From: Octopus sinensis
Lineage: Eukaryota
DNA length: 64,000 nucleotides
Direction of reading: 5' to 3'
Assembly: GCF_006345805.1 (NCBI RefSeq)
Contig: NC_042997.1
Coordinates: forward strand, 20,646,001 to 20,710,000
The first letter of the stretch is position 1. Every line of letters begins with the position of its first letter. The notes below the pieces were generated by a model. It saw only the letters and a list, made by a program, of their open reading frames with translations. It had not been told where the DNA came from and did no database searches. The position numbers were made by a program, and so were the translations under genes. Positions 52,571-64,000 of this stretch are shown one piece after another.

Positions 52571-52686
52571 TTAGCTAACTGTCGAATGTGAAGGCAACAA
52601 AAGTTTTCTATTGAGATGAACACCCATGAGATAGTATTCTGGTGTACCCCATCCATCCAGACATAAGTTATGAGAAACAGTGGTAA
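52571..52686 (-). CDS. Host gene exon candidate (phase 0 to 2): LPLFLITYVWMDGVHQNTISWVFISIENFCCLHIRQLA
   Basis: Acceptor gtgtccatatAG, donor aa|GTAAAT; the phase link to neighbours is not resolved. Confidence 0.35.
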
Positions 52687-53323
52687 CTATATGGACACAT
52701 GTAAATTGCAAATGAAAAACTATAATGGTGTGTAATGAGTAAGTGGCAAAAAAGTTAGCATCAGTGACAAAGAAGTGGAATGCTAAGTAAGTAAATTTGG
52801 AAAGCATGTGTATGTTAGATTAATAAATAAAAAAAGAATGTCTCCAACACAGGATGAAATATCTTATTTAACCAATAGAAATTCAGTTTAGATGTCGCTT
52901 CCAACAAAAGAACTAGTTACAAAAGGAGGGAAACTCCCCAATATATGTAAAAACTAGAAGTGCATTCAAATGACTGGAAGCTGTAGATCAGAAAACGGAA
53001 ATGTATTCAAAACAAGAGAGTTCAGCATTGTCCTGGTAACAGATAAAGTATATTATGAATGAAGAAAATAAATTAAGGGACTTTCTTTTTGAGAGTCAGA
53101 TGCAGTAAAAGAAAAAAAAATTCCAAATGGAAATGATAGATATCTTAAGAAATAGTCAAAGCCCTTAAGAAAATGAAAAGATGAACAGAAAAGGTAAAAA
53201 AAAAAGTTGGTGAAGGGAAAAATGCCTAAGAAAAAGGAATAATGAGGTGATACAAGCAAACACATATATTGGCAGGAAATCACAGCCCCAAGCAAAGGAT
53301 AACTTACAATAGAAGATCCTTAC

Positions 53324-53388
53324 CAGGGAAAATGTGCTGATCAGCATTCATAGATACATCACATTCAGAAAAAGTCTAGTCCAACCGA
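53324..53388 (-). CDS. Host gene exon candidate with an apparent 1-nt excess in a T5 run (SVGLDFSECDVSMNADQHIFP if corrected)
   Basis: Acceptor aattgttttcAG and donor ctg|GTAAGG are both strong; all three frames stop as given, and one frame opens if one T is removed. Confidence 0.35.
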
Positions 53389-54359
53389 CTGAAAACAATT
53401 AATTTAATGAGACTTAGCATCAACATTGCCTATAGATGGGAGAGAATAAGAAATGATATCAGACCAGAAGAAGCAAGAGAAAAGGAGAGAAGTAGTAGAA
53501 AGAACATTTCGCAAGTATAAAAGAGGTTTTTTTTTTCCTTTTTCAGTCATATTTTGTGAATTAGTGTAAAGATGTCATGACTTACACGTAGAAAAAACGA
53601 TTTGAGTGTGAAATCATTTTAATGTAATTATTAACTTATATCACATCTCTGAAAACTGGGCATTTGGATTCATTTTTGCTCATTTTTTTTTCTGAGAAAT
53701 AAAAATATTTATTTATTATTTTTTCCCTAATAATTTCTTAATTCATTTGAAGCTTACAATGTAGTTATGTTGGGATAACTTTTTTCTTTCGGGTTTTGGA
53801 AACTGCAAAAAGAGAAATGAATTACCATAAAAGGCATATAGAGGTACCTATGATGCCTTTAGTAATAGATATTTGAAAATTATTTAATTATGAGTAAGAT
53901 ATTCATGTTAAGCCTTCTTTAACTAGGTGATAAGGACTGCTAAGTAAGTTTGGTAATTGAAGGTATACATGTGTAGGAAACTAGTTCCTGATGCATACAG
54001 TTTTTTTTTTTTTTTTTGAGAAAGATCAATGCAGCGAGTGTGTTTAAATGAAAATAACTGTGTTACAAAATTCAGAGACTGAAACAGGGTCAGTTGTATC
54101 AGTGATAAACAAGAAAATGAGTTGATTGCTTGTATTTTGAATAATTCTATGTGTACTAGTGACTAGCAAAATTGTGCAATATCAGCATTCACACATCTGC
54201 ACACATCTTTGATTAGTATAGAAAAAAACCTACTAAGCATTCTGTTTCAGGTTTCAGTCTTTAGTCTATATGTATGTATGTATGTAACTGTATTTTGTCA
54301 TGGAAAAAATTTATTGCTGTAGACAAGTAGGTGTAAACACTTGAAATCTGTTCAAAGCA

Positions 54360-55100
54360 CCCTGTAGCCAGTCTGATGAATGCATACATTTTGGAGTGGT
54401 TATCTCCTCTTCAGCATCAGATATCAGACAGTAAAATGCTACAAACTGACAAGAGATGAATATCTCTTAAATTTCTCTCATCATAATGTCACTGGTTGTG
54501 CTAATCAGTGGCTAGCCATAAAATATAGAATAGAATGATAAATTATAAAAATGTCCACCTATTATCAGTTTGTAGTGAGCCCCTTCCTGAAATCTGATGA
54601 TGAAGAGGGACAACTACTTCAAACTGCATGCGTCCATCAGTCGGGTTAGAGGGTGCTTGTCTACAAGAAATTTCCTCCATTACAAAATACAGTAAATGAC
54701 TTTCTTGTGGGTTTGAATATGCCCCAAGCATATTTGTAATGGCAACAAGTTTGTATTTACACACATCACTGCTTAGTACTTCTATTTCATATTTTATTTA
54801 TAGTGAGCAACTGATTAGCTCAACCAGCAACAGTATGATGATGGAACTATAATAAGAGATATCCATTCCTTGTCAGTTTGTAGCATTCCCCTTTCTAGCA
54901 TCCGATGCTGAAGAGGAGATAACTACTCCAAAATGTATGTAGTCTTCAGGCTGGCTGTAAGGGCACTTTGAAATGACTTTGTGTGCTTACACCTATTTGT
55001 CTATTGTGTAAAATTGTCTCCATGGCAAAATATAGTGAATAACTTTCTTATGGGTTCAAATATGCCCCAAGCAAATTTGAACTGGTAACAAGTTTGTATA
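54360..55100. mobile_element. Cluster of decayed Penelope-like terminal repeats (one inverted, two direct) with CpG-inactivated hammerhead cores
   Basis: CTGAAGA-GGAG-ataac(c/t)a-CTCC-AAAA-TG-TA at 54381-54420 (-) and 54904-54940 (+); a more degenerate copy near 54595; 54560-54760 resembles 54870-55100. Confidence 0.55.
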
Positions 55101-56035
55101 TGTATAGATATATTTTTATACCTTCAAGACTCCATCACTAGCAATTTTAATGTTTGTTTCCTCATGACTGTGCAAGTGGATAAGTCTTCTTCCATAAGTT
55201 CTTTAAATGACTGTCCTCCTATACTCACTTTACTTGCCCATAACAATGTAGTCTTCTGTCTTGCTCATTACATCTGCTTTGTTTTATGTTCAGTTTTTCT
55301 CTCAGAATTGTTATACTCTGTCATACATGTACATGAATAACCAGCAGAGTATGCTTGCTTCATTTCTAACTAGAAGCTTCTGCATTCAAGACCCTAGTCT
55401 CAATGAGCATTGATCTTCATATTCAAGTGTCACATAAACTACCATTTACTCTGGAGGAACAACTATTTGTTGCCACATTAGGTACCATCAGGAAAATAGC
55501 CATACTCAATATATAGAAAAGTGTAGGTACAAGTTTCATGTGGAGTATCCTGCAGTATTTTCCTTCAGTTTTCTTATTGATATTCATAACCAGCTTCACT
55601 ACATTTCTTTATACTGTGTGTTACAAAAGAATTGCAATCCTGAAAATGTTGCATTCACATGGAATTCCATAATACAAATCCTATTTTTCCATTGGTTTCT
55701 ATTTCACATAATATATAAAATAAACGGACCTCAATATAAAATTTGACTTCACTTTACAGAGTACAATATAATGGCAAGATTTTCTTTTACACAATGGTTC
55801 TGTTACATAGAGCTACGTGTATATTGATAATTTTCTAATTCAGTTGAATATACATCACTAAATTCTAATCTACGTTGTTGCTTTTACTTGTTGCCATTAG
55901 ATATAAATGTACTACAGTCTGTATTGTCTATATTGTCCAAAAAAATGTGATCTACTGGTCCTATTGGAGTTATCATTCTTTCTTGATGTTTTCAAGATTT
56001 AAACACTACTAGAGGGAGCAATGTCTACTAATTAC

Positions 56036-56091
56036 TTAGATGTTATCAGTTGATTCAAGTTTTTCAGCTCATTATATTGCATACAAGAGAC
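56036..56091 (-). CDS. Host gene exon candidate (phase 0 to 2): VSCMQYNELKNLNQLITS
   Basis: Acceptor catcatAAG, donor aa|GTAATT; open frame. Confidence 0.45.
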
Positions 56092-57079
56092 CTTATGATG
56101 TTTGATAGTATTAGATTGATAAGTTTGGGCTTTGACTAAGAACAAACTCTGTCATCTGAATAAAGGATAATTTGGATTTTTAAAAAAAAGTTATAAATCC
56201 TTCACTGATTTTTAATACAATTTTTTAACACTTTGACACCAAGAAAATGAACTCATTTATTGATTAAACCCTTGCTGATGTGTAAAACAGTAACTTGATC
56301 TTCAAAACATTTCTTGTTACTGTTAGATGATTTGCATGAATTAGATTAATGATAGTGAAAATCTAATTATAGCCCAATGAAAACCGCTTAGTATTGAATG
56401 TCACATTTGATTATTTTGAAGAAGCTAATGTTTTATTCTGCATGTTGGCTTCTTTCCCAACACAATTTCTGTTTTATTGTGTAATTAAAGCACTCAAGAA
56501 TTTTAAATTGTGTTAGAAAAGCATTAAATTTTAATCCAATATATTAAAATTAATTACACATGCACATGTGTGTCGTTAGGACTTGAAGCAATTTTTATTT
56601 GCCTTTTACCTGAAAATACTAACATTAAAGATCAAAGAAGTGATGTCCTTTTCACATTCACCAAAATAAAATATTTACTTTATAAGTGAGTAGAAGATAA
56701 TGTACTATTTAGATTAAATTTTACTATTTCAAAGATTAAAAAAGTAATCATAAGTAACTTTTGTCCTTTAATTAAAGATTGTTTTACAACAGAATGACCC
56801 TGAAAGTTAAAATAAGGTGAAGTGTAGAACAGACATTAAGTGGAAGTTGTAAAACATGAACTTAAGTTTTCACTTATTCCATGACCATGAGATTAATAGA
56901 CTGTTTTATGCTGTGAAGTTGCTTACTTATCGATCCATCATGCCCATTTAGATCGTAAAGAAAGAGGAAAAATAAAAGACAAAAAAAATACATTCCCCTA
57001 AACTTTGAAATAGAAAGAACTTGGAGCATGTAAACAGTAAAGGTTGTACCTATAATAATTGGTGCACTGGGATCAGTAA

Positions 57080-57288
57080 GCCAAGATATAAACAAATGGT
57101 TGAGGGAAATTGAAATAGAATGCCCAGTAGAGCTCTTTCAGAAAGTTTGTCTCTTAGGGACAGCAAGGATTATCAGGATGGTGCTAAGCACTTGAAAGAC
57201 TGCTGAAAACTTTTGGATACCTAAGGTTACAAGTAGTAACCTGCTATCCACATAATCCCTACCAGGAATAACACTGAACCTGAGACAA

Positions 57289-57331
<43 letters not shown>

Positions 57332-58664
57332 TAATAATAATAAATGCCCTGATGCAGTACCAGGTAGTGGCTCTCATGGCTTCTGATCTTAACTGATTGG
57401 AAGTGTTATCATGTACATTGTTTTGTCTTGGTATAAAAGATGGGCTACAGCAAATATTCTGCTCAATACCACAGATTTGCTTGTCAGTTGTTTGACCTTA
57501 ACCAGTTGAGCATGTCCCTTAGTGGCTGACGATATGTGCATCTCTGATCACGAGCAGAAGTAGTGGGGGAGCATCATAGCCATGTGTTGAGAAGGATTCT
57601 TTGGGGTTTTGAATAATTCACCTCTGGAAACATGGGTGTTTCGTTCAACGTCCTTAAACAACCCTTATTCAGGGACCTTTTGAGCAGGATGGGTTACTCG
57701 ATCTGAAGAAAATTCTCACTGGGCTCCACCTGCAAGATCATGTGCTGTTTATCTTGATATGAGATCACCATGTCGTGCACATATGGTTGTGATGGATGTG
57801 CCTGGTGTACCCTTATCAGACCGGTAGTCATGATGAGTATACTGGGCTTCGTATATTTTACCCCAGTGTCACTTTGATGGCATGCTCTGCTCGCTCACTC
57901 AATAATAATAATAATAATAATAATATTAATAATAATAATAATGATAATAAAAGAAATGGAGAAACTTTCAAAATACAAAGACCTGGAAATAGGGGTAATC
58001 AGAATGTGGAATCTAAAAGCAGAAACAATTCCTATCATAATAGGTGTATTAGGTATGATAAAAAAATATTCAGACAAATACATAGCAAAAACACCAGGAC
58101 TTACAAACACATATAACATACAGAAAATTGCACTACTAGGCACTGCACACATCCTACGCAGAACACTTTCCATACAATAACCATCAGAGCATCACAACAA
58201 ATCACAGCACATACCCGAGGCACACAGAGCTGCGCTCGGTAGTGAAGTGAAAGCACGATATAAAAAATATACTACTGAATAATAATAATAATAATAATAA
58301 TGATAATAGCAAGTGTCTCCACCATGTAGCATCTACAATAGAGTGGACGAAACCATTGCCCATATCATGAATGAATGTCCTAGACTCACCCAAAAACCAC
58401 TACAAGTTGTGGTGACATGACCAGGTAATTGTAGTGTGAAAAGTGGGGGTCAAAGAGGCAAGATGTGGTATGAGTACAGGCCGCAGAGAGTGGCAGAGTC
58501 TGAGACTAGCAAAATCCTCTGGGATTTCCTAATCCAAACAGATCAGGTACTACAGCATAACAGACCGGACCTTGTGGTGGTGGACAAGGTTCACTACATA
58601 TGCTATATAGTTAACGTTGTATACCCCTTTGACCCACGAATAGTCAAGAACGAAGACAAAAAGG

Positions 58665-58718
<54 letters not shown>

Positions 58719-59030
58719 CAAACCCTCTTAAGTACAAAATAGCCTGGCTATGGAAAATAAAGAAGATGAAGGGCTCAGTTATTGTTGGGTCCTTGGGTAC
58801 AGTATTAGAAAGCATCAAGAAGAACATAAAGGAAATTGGAATAGAGTGCCCAGTAGAACTGTTAGAAAAGGTTTCCTCCTTGGCATGGCCAGAGTAACTA
58901 GGAAAGTATTATATAGCTGAAAAGAACAAATAGCATGGTACCATAAGCTGCAGGTAGTCATCCGACTAGGCATGCAAGACTTCAGTACCTTCAATAAAAC
59001 CTGTGATAAAGAGATAATAATAATAATTAT
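57080..59030 (+). mobile_element. Three tandem 3' fragments of R4/Dong-type (restriction-like endonuclease) non-LTR elements separated by (AAT)n
   Basis: 57080-57290; 57941-58270 (KYKDLEI...IPIIIGVLG...QKIALLGTAHILRRTLS); 58306-59030 (ETIAHIMNECP, KILWDFLIQTD..HNRPDLVVVDK). Confidence 0.85.
57346..57899. repeat. Unclassified ~550-bp interspersed element between (AAT)n tracts
   Basis: Higher-GC, CpG-containing block bounded by (AAT)n on both sides; no recognisable ORF. Confidence 0.4.
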
Positions 59031-59215
59031 GATAATGATGATGATGATGATGCCAACAAGGACAATGACGACAACAATGATGATGACGATGATGATGATG
59101 ATGATGATTTCTTTAATTTGCTGCAACTACACATGGCTCCAATGATTACAGAAGAAACAAGAGATGAAGATATGATAAAGGTAACTCAAAATCAATGTTT
59201 TCCTCAAGATATTAC

Positions 59216-59270
59216 CAGATGAATATTGGGAAGATAAATATCAAACATGAGGACTGTTTGATCAGAATAT
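59216..59270 (-). CDS. Host gene exon (phase 2 to 0): YSDQTVLMFDIYLPNIHL
   Basis: Acceptor gtgtattgcAG, donor ctg|GTAATA; open frame. Confidence 0.55.
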
Positions 59271-59795
59271 CTGCAATACACTTTTATTAAGGCACCTTTG
59301 TTGCTGCTAGGATTCAGAACACTGAACCATATCTCAGGTTCTAGCATTTTATGAAGCAAACTAGCTTCCCAACTACCAGATTGCGGCTAACCACAAGATG
59401 TGTATACCATGTAGTAGTTAAATTGTGTGCATGCATGTGCATCTTGGAAATTCTAGCCTTGTTGATGGTTACTACAGCCATAGCTAGTGACCTGAAGTTA
59501 TTGAGTAACTGACTCTACTTTCATGCTGACCTAAGGTCCGTACATTTAAATAATATACTCTGTGTATAGTTATATAAATGTTTCAGTAGTCAATATCATT
59601 TACAGTCATCTCTGAGCTACAGTTTTATATAACATCACAGATTTTGTAGAGAAGCTGGAGCTGGCCCTTTTGGGTTTACTGTATATGCCTGCATAGACTG
59701 TATTGGGTGGAAAACTTGGGTTGCCCAGGTGGTACACATCTAGTTACAACACAGATTTTAAACATGTTTTATTACAAATGTGTATGCATGTGACA

Positions 59796-60177
59796 GGAGG
59801 CGCAATGGCCCAGTGGTTAGGGCAGCGGACTCACGGTCGTAGGATCGCGGTTTCAATTCCCAGACCGGGCGTTGTGAGTGTTTATTGAGCGAAAACACCT
59901 AAAGCTCCACGAGGCTCCGGCAGGGTTGGTGGTGATCCCTGCTGTACTCTTTCACCACAACTTTCTCTCACTCTTACTTCCTGATTCTGTTGTACCTGTA
60001 TTTCAAAGGGCCGGCCTTGTCACTCTCTGTGTCACACTGAATATCCCTGAGAACTACGTTAAGGGTACACATGTCTGTGGAGTGCTCAGCCACTTACACG
60101 TTAATTTCACGAGCAGGCTGTTCCGTTGATCGGATCAACCGGAACCCTCGTCGTCATAACCGACAGAGTTCTTCCCA
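59796..60177 (+). mobile_element. tRNA-derived SINE family B with 14-bp TSD (atgcatgtgacagg)
   Basis: Nearly identical to 7294-7684; TSD at 59784-59797 and 60178-60191. Confidence 0.92.
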
Positions 60178-61071
60178 ATGCATGTGACAGGCACTAAAAG
60201 TCATTATTGCTTTTGTTTATCTCTGTATTACAACAGCCAAGCAGATTAATGATCAAAGAAATTCTAGCCACAACCCTGCCATATTGTCAGAATATTTTAC
60301 CTTAGGCCATATTAGAAACATATATTGAAAGTGATTTGACTTCTATTCCCTGCTGGCCAAGAAATCATGTGTAACCAGTTATTAGTTTGTGCACTGAAAG
60401 TTTGTACTTGAAGTTGTGTTGTTGCACCAAATAAGAACATTTAAAAAGAAAACCATTATAATTTATGTAGGTTGGAGGTGTACTGAATCTGAACTGTATT
60501 GAAGAATATTGTGTTCTTTTGAAATGTCTGGGAATGAATTACATTTGCAAAAATGCTATGCACAACCATCGGCATGTTTCTGAAAAACGGGTAAGTAAAA
60601 CTGATGAACTGGAATATTTTGTATATTTTTAAAAAATACCTAGCACAGAGTCAGAGTAAAGTTTGTAAACATTTGCCTGATCATCTAAAAGTGGAAAAAA
60701 AATTGTTGTATACATAGCTAGTGTTTCAGACGGTTTTATTTATTTACTTCTGAAAAAATTGAGAAATGCTTAACCAAGTACATTTTCGAATGAGACAATA
60801 TTGAAAAATGGTATTCTTGTAAGTTTGTATTTTTTATGCAATAAAATTTATAAAATATATTTACTCCTATGTATGTATATATGTACACGCACACACACAA
60901 CACACACACTCATATATATATGTATATATGCACACACATGCATACACATATATGTGTATGTATTTATATATATATATATATATGTATGTGTATGTGTATA
61001 TACACATAAATACATAGATACATACATACATACATATATATATATATGTATATATACACAAACATACATAG

Positions 61072-61110
<39 letters not shown>

Positions 61111-61289
61111 AAAGTAAAATATATGTACACGTTTACATTTCTCTCACTAAATATACTCCTCCCTTTTTTATGTGTTTGGGTGTTTCAATGTACAACCATA
61201 AAGTAAAAGCGATCAATACAATCAAGTAGAGTATGTAACTACTTTTATTGTAAGTGAAGATTATTCCTTTATTATAATAATAATAGTAT

Positions 61290-63060
61290 AGTATACAGGA
61301 TAAAATTTCTCTTACCATAGTCTCTGAGAAGAGCTCTTCTATTGTCAAATTGGACATGTTATGCAACTCAGTAACCCACCCATTCCATCTAACCTCTATC
61401 TCAACCACTGGCTGAAAGTGAGAATACACAGAGACTCCAATCTCATGTTAGTTCTAGCTGACCTGCTCACTCCAAAACAGGCCTCTCCAATTTCTCTCTT
61501 CATCACTTGATGTCACCTTCCTTTATACTTCCAGTCCATCCCTTTTGCTGTTCCCTTCACATGCTTAACATCTTTGGCCCATGACCCGCTATGCCATGAT
61601 CTAATTATCCCTTCAGGCACTCACATTCTGGTTTGAAGTCATCCATCCACAGAGGTGGATGTCACTCCCATTGTAATCTTCACAAGGTTGTGTCGTTGGT
61701 CTCACCTTCTTCTTGTTCTTCATCACCTGAGGAAGAGCTACAAATATTTAGAGGTGACATTCCAACATACATATAATGCAACATTCTGTCAACTGACTTG
61801 TTGTTTCTGGAACACCCTTTTATCACCCTTCCTCTTCCCAAGTAAGTCATGTACTGATCTGAACAAATGCAGCTCCTTTCTCTTCATTGAAATGCTACAG
61901 AACTGTTCTAGATGTCTTCGCTCATACCTGAAAACTGTAATTTGTGGGACTGACTCCTCAGCTTGTTCTGCCTTGGGTGATATGTACCAGAAGGCTGCCT
62001 CAGCAAGGAAAATTTGTCCCCTCTCAGTCATGATCTTTGTGTGATGGTGTCTTTACACAATTCTATTTCTACTTGGCCTATGAGCAACTCTGAAGAAGCT
62101 CAGACTTTCCACCTGTCAAACATGTCTTTCAACAACCATGAATATAACACAGTGCTGTTGTCCATTAATAGTTTGTCCACTGGACCCCATGCAGCACTCT
62201 TGCAATTTCAGCTAGTCTCCATCTGGATTTTTCTCCTTATCACCATCTTCCCTAGTCAATGATTAATCATCAAGGTATATTCTTTTCTGGTAATGGATCA
62301 CATCAGTTGCCAGTTGCTAGTCTGTTCCTGCTTGAATATTTCCCATATAATGCATACTATGTGGGTTAATGGAGGGAAACCTATCTCAGATTCTGACCTC
62401 CTTCTGGATCCTCTCTCTCATTATATCAGAGTCAACTTTGCAGATCAAAACAATATCCTACCTGCTCCCATATGGTGCATGCTGTGCAGCGTCTTCAGCT
62501 CCTAGCTCCTAAGCCAATATGTCACATTCATTCCACTCCGTGAATCCTCTGGCATCACCAACCAAGTTTTTTAAGCCTGGGAACAACATCTGCTTTATTT
62601 TTTCCAATGGCAAAACGACTACCAGAACCCCTGGGACAAACTCCAGCACTCTGGATTCACAGGCAATGCTTGACTATCATTTTTGTGGCCCTTTTCATTT
62701 GCATTCTGTTTGGGTCGGTAATCACCTATCCTACCCATCCATGTACCATGGTTGAATCACTTCAAATCTCAATAGTGTGCAATCCCCATTTTAGCACCAA
62801 ATTTCTGCCCTTAAGCATAGCATCTAGCTCAGCTATATTAATCTGATTGCGATTGTCCTTCTTGAGCCATGCTGCATCCTCTTTTTACTTCCAGAATGAC
62901 AACTACCATTATACTACTTGTGTCACACCATACAGTTCCTTTTCTGATGTGGACTTATACCAGCTTCCTTTTACTGAGTCCTCTACTCTCACTCTCTTCA
63001 GAAGGTTTTACAGCTAAGTAACTGTCTTCTTTCCTATTCTGTTGCCCCAGATCACCCCTT
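61290..63060 (-). mobile_element. Decayed RTE LINE endonuclease and linker region
   Basis: Fragmented APE-type segments and the linker VRWNGWVTELHNMSN; many stops and frameshifts. Confidence 0.65.
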
Positions 63061-63099
63061 CAGCTCAACTGCTGATATAGCTACGTGCTTTTCAGAGCT

Positions 63100-63790
63100 G
63101 TCACAAATTGGATTGGAAAATGTGAGAAAATTGTATGCACATGAGCCAAAGAGTGTGATAAAACATGACAGAGCAAAGATATTTTGGGACTTCATGATCC
63201 AATGTAATGAGGGAATCAAAAATCAGAAATAAGATGTTAGCTAAGTGTGAGGCTTCAAAATAAAAGAAAAGTGATATGAACTCAAGCCAGAGGCTGTGAC
63301 AGAAAATGAGAATTATAGGATCTTGCAGGACTTCCCCATAAAAATTGGCTGTACAAGTGAAGCAAGTAAACCTAATATGATTATAGAGGACAAAATAAAC
63401 AGTAAGTTCACAGATTTTGCAGTTCTATATGATAGCAGAGTTGGAACTAAAGATACTGGGTGGAAAAAAAATGAGAAATATCAGAATTTAGTCAGAGAGC
63501 TGAAGAGACTGTGGAAGACAAAGTTAACTATTTTGGTGGTAATTAGTGTACTTGGCACAACTCCTAAAGTGCTACCTAAGAGACTAAAAGACATGGGAAC
63601 TGAAATTTGCATTGTTAACATGTACAAAAGTACAATCCTATCTACTGTAAGAATCCTAAGAATGGTTCTTGAGATTTGAGAAGGAATTTTGCCATTAAGC
63701 CTCAAGATAAAATTCTTGCTAATTAAAGTAGCATGTACTAGCTTAATAATGACGACAACCACAATAAATAATCATAACAACAATAATAAT
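63100..63790 (+). mobile_element. R4/Dong-type RLE non-LTR 3' fragments
   Basis: KIFWDFMIQC near 63180; ORF 63296..63679 (RILQDF...KPNMIIEDK...EKYQNLVRELKRLW...ISVLGT...TVRILRMVL); (AAT/AAC)n tail. Confidence 0.85.
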
Positions 63791-64000
63791 AACTATAACA
63801 ATAATAATAATGATTTCAAATTTTGGTACAAGGCCAGCAGTTTTTGGGGAGGTGTTAGGTGGATTACATCAACCCCAGTGCTCAACTTGTGCATATTTTA
63901 TCAACCTGGTAAAGATGAATGGCAAAGTCAACATCAGCTGAATTTGAACTCAGAAGAAGGCAGACAAAATGCAGCAAAATATCATCATTATTTCCACATC

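Larger units (their letters stand above)
1884..59270 (-). other. Multi-exon host protein-coding gene (partial; both ends probably outside the window or unresolved), large helical protein, tentatively CFAP46/TTC40-like
   Basis: Series of short open segments bounded by minus-strand AG/GT with phase-compatible joins (15106-15010 to 14756-14688; 11323-11227 to 9605-9541; 51036-50921 to 49956-49896; 8432-8379 to 3752-3645 to 1942-1884). Peptides AWQQLNVT..E....FLIKILH, W.SYS and EFTVPV recall human CFAP46 from memory only, so no symbol is assigned. Confidence 0.6.

Noticed and set aside
5383-60177. tRNA genes
   Set aside because: All A-box/B-box-like heads continue into multi-copy SINE bodies; none gives a complete cloverleaf by eye.
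74-61229. Dozens of ORFs rich in YI, HT, CV, MYVC or poly-I/M/L
   Set aside because: They are translations of (TA)n, (CA)n, (TACA)n, (AAT)n and (GAT)n microsatellites and of SINE bodies, not genes.

Overview
AT-rich, microsatellite-dense metazoan genomic DNA. The SINE/LINE families look like those of an octopod cephalopod (inference). Almost all ORFs in the supplied track are spurious translations of (TA)n/(CA)n/(TACA)n repeats or of decayed retroelements. The window appears to be the intron-rich body of one large minus-strand gene. About 17 small GT-AG exon candidates lie between 1.9 and 59.3 kb, several chaining in phase, and encode a helical protein tentatively resembling ciliary CFAP46/TTC40 (from memory, not searched). 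The introns hold tRNA-derived SINEs of at least 4 families, RTE, CR1 and R4/Dong-type LINE fragments, and one near full-length frameshifted DD34D mariner. The most striking signal is a set of type I hammerhead ribozyme (HHR) motifs in at least five unrelated Penelope-like or retrozyme-like repeats. One intact canonical HHR sits in a ~500-nt tandem unit (2644-2712, minus) and another has a branched stem II (32045-32127). Two families of (TA)n-embedded fold-back elements carry the compensatory U3-A8 core variant with palindromic stem III (4305-4597; four copies at 47739-48581). Several CpG-decayed copies are also present. All folding and alignment was done by eye, and repeat boundaries are approximate to roughly 10-20 nt.
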